Below, piece by piece: positions 1-11,429 of a stretch of DNA of 64,000 nucleotides. The notes under the pieces were generated by a model, which was not told the origin of the DNA, searched no databases, and was given only the letters and a program-made list of their open reading frames with translations. The number at the start of each line of letters is the position of its first letter. Position 1 is the stretch's first letter. The position numbers were made by a program, and so were the translations under genes. The DNA comes from Octopus vulgaris (Eukaryota), in assembly GCA_951406725.2 (NCBI GenBank), contig OX597824.1:10912001-10976000 (forward strand), in the 5' to 3' direction.

Positions 1-593
1 CACTGCGTGGCACCTTGGGCAAGTGTCTTCTAATAATGTCTAGGGCTGACCAAAGCCTCATAAATGTACTTGGCAGACAAAAACTGAAAGAAGTCCAATG
101 TATGTATGTATGTATGTATCATCATCATCATTTAGTGTTCGTTTTCCATGTTAGCATGGGTCGGACGGTTCAACTGGGGTCTGGGAAGCCAGAAGGCTGC
201 ACCAGGCTCCAGTCTGATCTGGCAATGTTTCTACAGCTGGATGCCCTACCTAACGCCAACCACTCCGTGAGTGTAGTGGGTGGTTTTTACATGCCAGACG
301 AGGCTGGCAACGGCCACGTTCGGATGGTTCTCTTACGTACCACCAGCACTGGTATCACAGCTGCAATTTCCATTTGTTGATCAATTTCGATTTTCATGTA
401 CGTATGTATATAGGTACAGGTGTGGTTGTGTGGTAAGAAGCTTACTTTCCAACCACACAGTTCCAGGTTCAGTCCCACTGTGTGACACCTTGGGCAAGTG
501 TTTCTTACAATAGCCTTAGGCCAACAAAAGCCTTGTGAGTAGATTTGGTAGACAGAAACAGAAAGAAGTCATTTGTGTGTGTGTGTATATATA

Positions 594-631
<38 letters not shown>

Positions 632-860
632 ATGTATGTATGTATTTGTGTCTATTTGTCGACGTCCCGTCACCACTTGACAACCGATGTTGGTGTATTT
701 ACATCCCTGTAACTTAGCGGTTCAGCAAAAGAAACTAATAGAATAAGTACTAGGCTTAAAAAATAAGTCCTGGGGTCAATTTGTTCAACTAAAACCCCCA
801 CAAGGCAGTGCTCCAGAATGGCTCCAGTCAAATGACTGAAACAAGTAAAAGAATAAAAAA
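1..860 (+). mobile_element. Compound of tRNA/CORE-like SINE family 1 copies with an antisense RTE 3'-UTR fragment (~119-395) inserted in the microsatellite of the first copy
   Basis: gcaccttgggcaagtgtcttc body occurs at 10 and 485, with a (TG)n spacer and the 3' part ...gtcaaatgactgaaacaagtaaaaga. The catcatcat...ctggatgccc block lies in between. Confidence 0.8.
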
Positions 861-1271
861 AATATTTAAAAATTTCTTGTATAGACATTAACACAAATAG
901 TATAATGTGCAGAATTGTTAATACTAGATAAAATCAAACGGAATCTTGACAGCTTTTTCAAGACATAATAAGCCTTAAAAATTACTTTATAAATTACATC
1001 ATTATGATATGTAAAAAGACCAAATGTTATGTTAGCAATTTAACTTAGCAGTTTAACAAGTTGATAAGTTAATTTGCTAAACTGACATATCATGGATAAC
1101 GGGCTGACATGCTCACAATAGTGTGAGCAGAGGAGAATTGTGTCTGACATCAATTAAAGAGCCTTGCTTGTATTTTTCTCTCTTTCTATCTCTCTCTCTG
1201 CCAAAGAAAAAGGGGAAAAACAGAAAAAAAAAGGAGCGAGAAAAAAGGAGAAAAATGGAGGGATAGAGGGG

Positions 1272-1450
1272 TGGGCAGCCAGGCAGACATACAGACAGAC
1301 TGGTGGGCAGAAAGGCAGACAGACTGGCGGGCAGACGGACTGGCGGACTGGCCTGCAGACGGACTGGCCGGCAGACGGACTGGCCGGCAGACGGACTGGC
1401 GGGCAGACGGACCGGCGGGCAGATGGACTGACAGGCAGACAGATAGATGG
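1272..1450. repeat. GC-rich minisatellite, ~16-20-nt units (ggcagacggactggc[c/gg])
   Basis: About 9 degenerate tandem units grading into (agac/agat)n. Explains the overlapping ORFs at 1164-1514. Confidence 0.85.
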
Positions 1451-2084
1451 AATCTATTTCCCAACTTGCTTACATCAAACAAATAACAAAGCTTCTCATT
1501 ATATCAATATATGACATTAGAAGCTACCTGATCAGAAGCTTTCATGACTGATCCCATGAAAAGCAAAATCAAAGATAATTATTTACCACAAGTAAATTTA
1601 TAAGGATCTTAGGTAAATTATATTAAAACAGCCATAAAGAAGACATCCTGAGAAAAAAACTAAGAGGAATTTGAACCTAAAACTTTCAGAGTGCCACAAG
1701 GTTGCTGTGTACAGTGAAATTGATTTAATTTACTAGAATAGTCAATTAAAGTATGAATAACGAATTTACTGTTTGCATTTAATTTTCTGTGTCCACAGGT
1801 TGAATATTAGACGAGTTGTATAAATATGCAGAGAAGCATTGACAGCTTTATTGAACTCAAATGTCCAGTGAAGTTATTGCTTACAAATACATGTAACCCC
1901 CTCCACAATCACCCCACCATTAAAAGAAAAAAAAAAAAGCTGTTAATGTTAGGAAATGGTCAACCAGAAATCAAATGATCAATCCACTACACATGATACT
2001 GCAGAATCAAGCTGAGTCAAACCAGCTGACCAAACTATGAACCCTGATGAACACTTCTACAAACGTTCCTAATATTATCTCTCT

Positions 2085-2282
2085 TTCTTTTACTCTCTTT
2101 TACTTGTTTCAGTCATTTCACTGTGGCCATGCTGGAGCACCGCCTTTAGTCAAAGAAATCGACCCCAGGACTTATTCTTTGTAAGCCTAGTACTTATTCT
2201 ATCGGTCTCTTTTTGCCGAACCGCTAAATTACGGGGACGTAAACACACCAACATCAGTTGTCAAGCAATGTTGGGGGGACAA

Positions 2283-2314
<32 letters not shown>

Positions 2315-2359
2315 CATCATCATCGTCGTTTAACGTCCGTTCTCCATGCTAGCATATAT

Positions 2360-2406
<47 letters not shown>

Positions 2407-2575
2407 TATATACAACAGGCTTCTTTCAGTTCCCATCTACCAAATCCACTCACAAGGGTTTGGTCGGCCCAAGGCTATAGCAGAAAACACTTGCCCAAGG
2501 TGCCACGCAGTGGGACTGAACCCAGAACCATGTGGTTCATAAGCCAGCTACTTACCACACAGTCACTCCAACGTC
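2085..2575 (-). mobile_element. SINE family 1 (tRNA head, CORE-like body, central microsatellite)
   Basis: Reverse complement of the 17266-17652 copy. The central (TA)n holds a ~40-bp RTE tail. Confidence 0.85.
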
Positions 2576-2974
2576 TACTAGTTGTTGTTGTTGTTTAACT
2601 TCAGGTCAGCAATGATCAAATAAACCTAAAGCATTCCTGTTATGATCAATCTGACTTTTTAGAGTAACTACAACTTTTATTATCTAATGAGCTTTGTTCT
2701 TTTTTGCTATACATAATACATCATCATCATCATCGTTTAACATCTGTTTTCCATGCTAGCATGGGTTGGACGGTTCGACCGGGGTCTGGGAAGCCAGAAG
2801 GCTGCACCAGGCTCCAGCCTGATCTGGCAGTGTTTCTACGGCTGGATGCCCTTCCTAACGCTAACCACTCCATGAGTGTAGTGGATGCCTTTTACGTACC
2901 ACCGGCACAGGTGCCAAGGGAGGCCACAATCGGTTGATGCTTTTTACGTGCCACCAGCATGGCATACAGTAAAA

Positions 2975-3232
2975 AAAATTTTTAAATGCGCCCTTTTAAA
3001 GTCTAGCCAGGCTCATGGGCCTGGTTTCCTGGTTTCTGTGGCGCATGTGTTCCCCAGCTGGACGGGACGCCAGTCCATCGCAGCGTTACTCATTTTTGCC
3101 AGCTGAGTGGACTGGAGCAACGTGAAATGAAGTGTTTTGCTCAAGAACACAACGCGTCACCCGGTCCAGGAATCGAAACCACAATCTTATGATCATGGTG
3201 CTGACACCCTAACCACTAAGCCACACACCTCC
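2975..3232 (-). mobile_element. tRNA-derived SINE (family 3b)
   Basis: Minus strand has A box tggcttagtgg and B box ggtttcgattcc. The tail gactggcgtcccgtccagctgggg...gagcctggctag is shared with 59466-59785. Confidence 0.8.
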
Positions 3233-5145
3233 ATATAATACAGTAGTACAGTAGTGTATGATTTTGAGGGAGATTTTGTTTGCTATTTCGAGACTATCCC
3301 TTTTGGCTTGTAGTTTAATGTTTAGTTTGACACCAAGAGAGGCTGCATAAATGTGTAAAACTAATTGAAAGTCAAGGCAAATGTAACTGAAGTCTAAGAG
3401 TTTGACTGTGTCTATTTTGTTCTATTTCCCTTCTACCTTCATACCAACCATCTACAGCTGAATCTGTCAAAATAAGCACTTCCAACGTCTCCAGCATCAT
3501 TAAACACATCATCCACCAACTTAAGCTGTTTAAAATCAAAACATACAGCTTCCACCGTACTCACCTGAAACACTCTTCATTCACAATCCCTTCCCCTTTT
3601 TCCAAGTCTTTGTTAATTTAATTCTCAGACGTCTTTGAAAGCCATCTGTATCAGCCTATTTTCTTCAAACTAACATTACCCAGCCAACAAATCATTTATG
3701 TATTTGTGCACCCCACATACACACATCTTTATGTTACATAGTAACTGTTTTTACATTACTCTGTGCGTGTCTGTGTGTGTGCACGCACGCACACATGCAC
3801 ACATACACAGAAATATTAATATTTCCTTCTCCAAGTCCTTTGCTGAAGTCAGTACATTAAGATAATGTTCTGGTTACTTCTACAAAATATTTATTTCCAT
3901 ATCACATATACGTGTGTGTGTGTGTGCGTGTATTGCATTTCAGACCCTATAACTTCTCCAGTTTTCCAGCCACAAAGTATTCTCTTCCAAAACCAGATAT
4001 TATACAATTTGTAACACAAACAACCTCCAATATGAAATACAAACGAAATCCTTCAGAACTTCTTCATTCAAGTGAAACTCCTTCATGTCCTTCATGCTAC
4101 AACTTAGCAATTGGTCTCCGAATCATGTCAGCAGCCATGATCATCATTCACCCCACTCCCAAACCAACACCACCCATCTAACATTGATGTGAATGAAAAT
4201 TCAGTAGACTATATTCAAAAGCAGTCTCCAAAACTCTAGTACTTCTGGTCTACCTTTCTCCTGCTTTTCCTATCACTATCCCAACAGCCATCCTTGACAC
4301 TGAACTAATATATTTACTTTCATGTAAGTCACACCCCTAATTTAGTGCTGAATCTTGGTACAAAAGTTTTCCCTTTCATATTTAAACTTTGTCCCGTGTA
4401 TATGTCACACCCCAATTTTCCTACTTAAACATCACGTATAAAATATTTGGACTTATTCACAAGTAAATATGGTGATTAGTTGCTGTTCATTAATACCCCC
4501 AAACCAATCAACACACCCATTTCACACTGTATAATCTCTTAGTGTACCCACACCACTGCCCCACACCGACTTCACTAACTACCTCATACAATCCTTGCTC
4601 CCCACAATGTCAATAAAACTAGATAGTAATATCGTTATCCTCTAGGCCTGTAAAACAGGTCTTGTTAAAGAATTCGGCTGTTAAAACACACACAAGTACA
4701 AACGTGTGTGTGTGTGCACGTGCACTCAGACCCACATGCGTATGTATGTATGTACACACATAAATGTTCCAAACAGCTGATAGACAATGTGGGGATGAGG
4801 TGAACCAGAAGTATAGGGTCAGTGACATCAGCAGCTGAGGGACCGTACCAGATGGCCAGCAGTGAGGGAGGTCACATGAGCATAAGTCGGATCAGCTTGG
4901 GCTTCTCCTAAGTAGGACCAGTGTGGGCCTCTTTGCTTTGGGGCAGTCATGGTGCACAGACATGTGTGGACGTGTGATAAAGAAGGAATGTGTTGTTAGG
5001 TTCTGGTAAGAAGTCAGGCAGGTAGAGCGCCTTCGGATGTAACCTAGCTGGAAAGTTGACGCTGTAAGAGAATCCAAGAGGTTGGTGAATCGCACTTCAG
5101 CCCTCATACTACAGATAATTTATATGATGGAATGTGAATACTCAC

Positions 5146-5328
5146 CCGTAACTCAACCCATTTTTCAAGCAAACGTTTCTCATTGAACTCACAAAGCAAG
5201 CCAGACTGTGTTATTGTGTAAGTGTAGGCAGACATAGCACCTTTACCACAGGCCACATCCTTGAAGAAATTGTTTTTCTGTTCACCAAGAATTCCTGAAC
5301 GGCCCATTAATGGAACTGTTTCATTTAT
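5146..5328 (-). CDS. WDR62/MAPKBP1: WDR62/MAPKBP1 exon E: [61 protein letters not shown]
   Basis: 183 nt, catttccAG acceptor and CGG|GTGAGT donor, phase 0/0. VPLxGRSG..DVACG..SGLLCEF..RLLxKWVELR is diagnostic of the family. Confidence 0.95.
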
Positions 5329-5981
5329 CTGGAAATGAAGAAAAAGAAAAACATCAAAAGATTACATGAAAAACCTATAGTGTTGAGTTTTACAAAGGGG
5401 AAAGTAGAGTTTATCATAATGTTTGTCATGAAAACATGTCTGTAAGCATTGTTGATAACTTTAATTATGGTCCTTCATTATAGATGATATATTCAATAAT
5501 TATTGGAGTTGTATTTTTTTTTTCTTAAATGAGAGAGAGAAGGAAAGATGAGAGGGATCAGAAGATAGAGTGGAAAGAAACAAGAGAGTGAAAAGAAAAA
5601 CAGTTGAGATTTTAGGGAGAGAGGTACACAGAGGGAATGAAAGAGATGAGACTAATATGAACAATTTCAATATATATAGAGAGAGAGGTAGTAAAAAGAG
5701 TAGCAAAGACAGCCAAAACAGTAAATTACAAGATTGAAGACACTAATGTCCACAGTTCAAATCTCATTAAGAGCCAACTTTATGTTTCACCACTAATTCA
5801 TCAATTAAATAAATAGCAGTGATTAAACTAAGCATAAATTGAACAAATGTACCATATTTGATGGCATAAAAAGATGCACAGGTATATCAGACACACCCTG
5901 ATTTCAGCAGCACATATCAAGAAAAAAAGTTTTTCATGCACTAAAGCTCATTAGGGGCCTAACTTCACATATAGGACCTAG

Positions 5982-6250
5982 CACTGGCTCGGGAATGAAA
6001 TTTGCTATGGGGGTGCAAACCCAGGTCCAAAAATATTTACAAACAAGGTCTTTTTTTTTTTTTGGCTATTTTTGTGTTTTGTTCTTTGAGAAGGAACCTA
6101 ACTTCAAGCTACTTTTTACACATCGCTTTTTATTTACCGTTTTCTAAACCCGAGGGAAAATAAGTAGGGCTGCAAATTTTGGTTCTGAACTCCAAGAAAA
6201 TTTTAGGGGGTGCACTTGCACCACCTGCAACCCCTGTTCTCAGGCCCATG
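5982..6250. mobile_element. Non-autonomous hAT-like DNA element with 8-bp TSD
   Basis: ggacctag is duplicated at 5974-5981 and 6251-6258; ends are imperfect TIRs (cactggctcgggaa / ttctcaggcccatg). Confidence 0.6.
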
Positions 6251-6964
6251 GGACCTAGGACGATTTTCTGAGACATTTTTTTAGTGAAAATGTGTGTCTT
6301 ATATGCCATCAGCACCCTTATAAAATTAACCCTTGTGTCTATGTATGAGGAGAAATAGTCCCTAACCTTGTGACAGGACACAAAATTAAGTTTCTAATGA
6401 ACCAAATTCAATATTATTACAGGTAATTAATCAGAACTGAGGAGAATAGAAAAGAAGAGGGAAATATTCATCCATAATAGAATTTGCAGGATTTAATCTT
6501 ATTAAATAAACAAATAAATAATTACTTAATAGCATAATATATCATTGTTATTCATTTAATGCAAGTAAACACAATATGTCATCCACCCCACAAGTCTGTG
6601 TTTAATAATAACAGCATCAGTTAATGATTTCAGTAATAACTTCCGGCATATAACCACTATTAGCTTTCAAAGGAAATAATACAAGCAAAATAAACAACAT
6701 AGGCGTAGGAGTGGCTGTGTGGTAAGTAGCTTGCTTACCAACCACATGGTTCCGGGTTCACTCCCACTGCGTGGCACCTTGGGCAAGTGTCTTCTACTAC
6801 AGCCTCGGACCGACCAAAGCCTTGTGAGTGGATTTGGTAGACGGAAATTGAAAGAAGCTCATCGTATATATGTGTGTGTGTATGTATGTATATATATATA
6901 TATATATATATTTGTAAAAAATGAAGTTCGAAAATGCTGCTATATTATACAATTTTAAATTTTT

Positions 6965-7018
6965 ATATATACAAACATGTTTCAGTTCCTGAAATGAACC
7001 TTATCAAAAAAGTTATAT
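6965..7018 (-). ncRNA. Degenerate minimal hammerhead-like motif (Penelope-like terminal repeat)
   Basis: Minus strand: UUGAUAA-GGUUC(auuucag)GAACU-GAAAC-AUGUU. Two mismatches to the CUGAUGA core. Confidence 0.4.
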
Positions 7019-7184
7019 ATAAAAAAAGACAGCTCATGCCGTCAAACACAAGAAATTCATTTACAATACACAACGGAGTCATATATATATATAAAGTTAA
7101 TCCAAACAAGAAAGCACAAAAAAACACAACAACGCGAAGACGTGGAACAAATATAGTATTATTGGATGCTCAGGAAAGAAGGAG

Positions 7185-7222
7185 GGTTTAATGTTTCGAG
7201 TGGAGCTCTTCGTCGGAAACAT
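7185..7222 (-). ncRNA. Minimal hammerhead-like motif in a Penelope-like fragment
   Basis: Minus strand: guuu-CCGACGA-aGAGC(ucc)ACUC-GAAAC-AUU-aaac. A sister copy lies at 13250-13287. Confidence 0.5.
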
Positions 7223-7286
7223 AGAAGGAAAGATCCAGAGAAGGGAAGACAGAGGAAAAAAAATCGCCAACAGTACACACGCGGTC

Positions 7287-7319
<33 letters not shown>

Positions 7320-7787
7320 GTGTGTATATGTTTGTGTGTCTATGTTTGTTCCCCCAACATTGCTTGACAACCGATGCTGGTGTGTTTACGTCCCGGTAAC
7401 TTAGCAGTTCGGCAAAAGAGACCGATAGAATAAGTACTAGGCTTACAAAGAATAAGTCCTGGGGTCGATTTGTTCGACTAAAGGCGGTGCTCCAGCATGG
7501 CCACAGTGAAATGACTGAAACAAGTTAAAGAGTAACAGTTGGTTGTGGTGGGGCTTAAGAATAAACAAAATCATGATGAACAAAACCTAAAAAAGAGAAA
7601 ACTATGTCCTGAACATGATCACTTTTCTTTAGGGTTTTGTCATTGAGAAGTATGCACATCACAACTACATTACACAGATGTGCATAAACATGCATAACAT
7701 GAACAGTGGTGTAACACAGCATGCAATACACAAGTTTCACAACAACACTGACAGAGAGAAAGGTATATACTTCATGACCAATTTAAA

Positions 7788-8188
7788 TCTCTATATATAA
7801 AGCTGAAGTTGTCTGTGTATGGCAGGTTTGGTAGCCTTCAAACTAACACTATCTCCTCCGAGACCCTGCGGTGCAAGTTGACCAAAATTGAGAGTATGAT
7901 AGAAGAAGGCTTGCTCTTCCTTCCGTAGAAGATAAAATTCAAATCAGACCATGTTAACACCAAAAATTATTTACATCAAAAAGGTGCTTCTTTTTTTTCT
8001 ATGAAAATCCCTATTTTTTACGATTTTTTGACTGCTGTGTCGCCATTTTTCAGTGTATTTCAACCAGAAAAATGTTCACTTAAAGAGAATAACAAGCTAC
8101 ATAATGCAAAGTTTTTACTTTTCAAAAATTCCAATTGTAAAGGGTCGAAAAGAAAACAAGCCTGAGCAACGCTGGGCAATACTGCTAG
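7788..8188 (+). mobile_element. Non-autonomous Helitron (~400 bp)
   Basis: 5' TC(TCTATATATAAA), subterminal hairpin cctgagcaacgctggg, 3' CTAG; inserted between A7787 and T8189 with no TSD. Confidence 0.85.
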
Positions 8189-9540
8189 TTGAAGAATAAA
8201 TATATTTGCCATCTTGAGATTAGCACTAAGAAACACCAAGACTCACTACCATCTGTATCATCATCGCTCTTCTACATTCAGTACACATTATTTGAAGCTC
8301 CCCCCCCCCCAGCAGAGTTGAGAAATTTAAACGACTTTTTCACTACACTAGGGTATGCATTATGGCATCATACTACATTGTATAAAATATATTCTGTTGT
8401 ATAGAGCTGCCAAGCCCAAATAATAAGTAACTATAACAGGTCAATAATTAACAGTCTATGATTATTTTACCCTTGGACTGTCTGATCAATCAATCTGTCT
8501 GTACAATATTTTTGTGCAAGAAAAAGATTGATCTTATTCATAATTAAAGATCCTTTTCTTTCTTGATTGAGATTCATATATCTATTTACAGAATTTTAAT
8601 TAATTATAACTCATTGTATTTTGTAGAAATGGTTCCATAGTAAGGCGGTGAGCTGATAGAATCATTAACACGACGAGCAAAATGCTTAGCAGTATTCTGT
8701 CTATCTTTACGTTGTGAGTTCAAATTCTGCCGAGGTCAACTTTGCCTTCCATCCTTGGGGATGAGGGTCGATAAATTAAGTACCAGTTGTGTACTGGGGT
8801 TGATTTAATCAACTGGCCCCCTCCCCCAAAATTTTGGGCCTTGTGCTTAGAGTAGAAAAGAAATGGTTCCATAGATTTCTTTAAAAAAGTATCAGTACAT
8901 TTGTTATCCCTGATCTGAGTTCAAATCCTGCTGAGGTTTCAACTTAGCCTTTCTTTCATGATCAATAAAGTGTCAGTCCAATAGTGGAATCAATTCTTCT
9001 CTTGCCATCTCTAAAGTCATCATCATTAATCATCACTTAACAGCCACTTTTCCATGCTTGCATGGGTCAGAAGGAATTTCACAATATGTTATCTTTTATG
9101 TTTTACTTGTTTCAGCCATTTGACTGCAACCATGCTTGACCCCAGTAATTATGGGCTTTTTAAAATCTGGTACTTATTTTCTATTGACTTCTTTTGCCAA
9201 ACCAAGTCAAAGAAACATACACAAACCAATGCCAGTTGTCAAGCAATGGTAGGGGTCATGGTCACACACACACACATGCCAGTGTCACGCAAAATGCATT
9301 CATACTGGTCCTATGTAAGAAGCTCTTGTGCAGGTGCCACATAAAAGCGCTCATGCCAGTAGCATGTTAAAAGCACCCAGCACACACTGTAAAGAGGTTG
9401 GCATTAGGAAGGGCATCCAGCAGTAGAAACCAAGCCAAATCAGACTGCAACCCGGTGCAGCTCTTCAACTCCAGTCAAACTATGCAACCCATGCTAGCAT
9501 GGAAAATGGACATATATGACATATATATATGTGTGTGTGT

Positions 9541-10154
9541 GTGGAAGAGGTAGACCCAGGAAAACCTGGGACGAGGTGGTGAAGCACGACCTTCGAACTT
9601 TAGGTCTCACCGAGGAAATGACTAGAGACCGAGACCTTTGGAAGTATGCTGTGCGTGAGAAGACCCAGCAGGACAAGTGAGACCATAACCCGTGGCCTCT
9701 ACCTGGGATGTAGCCAGTCCACTTATGCATACCTTTCCTTCTTGGGACACAAAACTCTACTTGCGAAGACCTGTTGAGGCAAGTGAAAATCAAAATCAAA
9801 ATCGATCAACATCAATAGAAATTGTAGCTGTGATACCAGTGCCGGTGGCATGTAAGAGAACCATCCGAACGTGGCCGTTGCCAGTGCCGCCCCGACTGGT
9901 TTCCGTGCCGGTGGCACGTAAAAAGCACCATCCGATCGTGGCCGTTTGCCAGCCTCATGTGGCACCTGTGCCTGTGGCACGTAAAAAGCATCCACTACAC
10001 TCTCGGAGTGGCTGGTGTTAGGAAGGGCATCCAGCCGTAAAAACATTGCCAAATCAGACTGGGCCTGGTGCAGCCTTCTGGCTTCCCAGTCCCCAGTTGA
10101 ATCGTCCAACCCATGCTAGCATGGAAAGTGGATGCTAAACGATGATGATGATGA
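9541..10154 (+). mobile_element. 5'-truncated RTE-clade LINE (ORF C-terminus, 3' UTR and (GAT)n tail)
   Basis: Translates GRGRPRKTWDEVVKHDLRTLGLTEEMTRDRDLWKYAVREKTQQDK*, an RTE-type C-terminus. It continues into the ggtgttaggaagggcatccagc...gatgatgat block that is abundant elsewhere in the window. Confidence 0.85.
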
Positions 10155-10252
10155 TATATATCAAAATAGCAACAAGGATATCCAGAGGTAATGCAGTACA
10201 ATCATTTCATGCAACTCCATTTAATCAAATTTAATTAAATTCTATGTTTTTG

Positions 10253-10339
10253 TGCAGCTGAAGATTGCTCTGCATTTTAAATTGATGTAATGATTGCATT
10301 GTTCAATTAAATGGAGTCACATGAAACGATCGTACTGCA
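10253..10339 (+). ncRNA. Type I hammerhead-ribozyme-like motif with palindromic stem III, inside a Penelope-like inverted repeat
   Basis: ugcag-CUGAAGA-[~58 nt]-GAAAC-GAUC-GUA-cugca; stem I is ugcag/cugca. Stem II pairing is imperfect. Confidence 0.55.
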
Positions 10340-10449
10340 TTACCTCTGGATATCCTTGTTGCTGATTTTGATTTTAATCACCTTATTTTAAATTGTATGG
10401 ATAATACCATACTAATTTCTGGTGCCTCAACTTAAATACTATATTCACC

Positions 10450-10488
<39 letters not shown>

Positions 10489-11429
10489 CTTCCACATAGT
10501 TTTTATTTATCAAATTCACTCACAACACATTGGTCTGCCCAGAGGTATGATAGAAGACACTCGCCTAAGGTATGCAGTACAGTGGGACTGAACCCAAAAC
10601 CACACGATTGCAAACTGAGCTTTCTAACCTCAGAGCTATTCCCTGCACCTATATATGATATCATAACCATCTGATTCCCCCTAATATAATGATAAAACTA
10701 TCATCACATTAACAACCCTGTAAATCATTTTTTGTTTGCTCTTTTTTCAAGGGTTTTTTTTGTTGTTTTTTTTGTTACTATACAAAGGTGCATTATACCT
10801 GAAGCGTAATGAACCCACAACCTTGAGGTCACTGGAAAGCAACTATAAAACCAATAAGTACACCAACTAAAGAGCTACATCCTGTTACAGGTAATATATT
10901 CCAGATTTCATGGCAGTAACCAGATTGTTTTCACAGCTGTTCAGCCATTTCAGCTCCATCTACGATGCCTAAGCAAGAAGTACTACTAAAAATATGAACG
11001 GATAATTTGGGCAGAATATTATTATTATTATTCATAATTATTATCTATATTGTTTTCATGTCCGTTTATTTACTTCTTGCCTCCTTCTTCAGTTCTTCAT
11101 CCACACACATATTTACTTGCTTGACATGGGTTTACAATACTTTATACAACAACGTGAATATGCGCGTGTGTGCATGCATGCGCACACACAATTATAATGT
11201 TAACATATTATCAATGGGGTGATATTTAGTGATTCAAAGTTTGCTAAGATGGATAGAGAGAGAAAGAGAAGACGGAAAAGATTGAGGGTGGAATATAAGT
11301 GTGTGTGCACACACATTCAGAGAGGAAGATGGGAAGAAGCGTGCTAATGTGTATATACGGACTGGTCATAGAAGCAGGCACAGCCTGGTGGTTCACAAAT
11401 TTGTTTCACAATTCTTAGTCCTTGAGTGC

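Larger units (their letters stand above)
6701..7533 (+). mobile_element. SINE family 1 copy carrying two Penelope-like fragments in its central microsatellite
   Basis: Head at 6701-6865 and tail at ~7340-7533. Inserts at ~6912-7080 and ~7093-7287 are bounded by (TA)n/(TG)n. Confidence 0.8.

Noticed and set aside
1272-1450. CRISPR-like array or repetitive protein
   Set aside because: The context is a eukaryotic intron with no unique spacers; it is a simple minisatellite.
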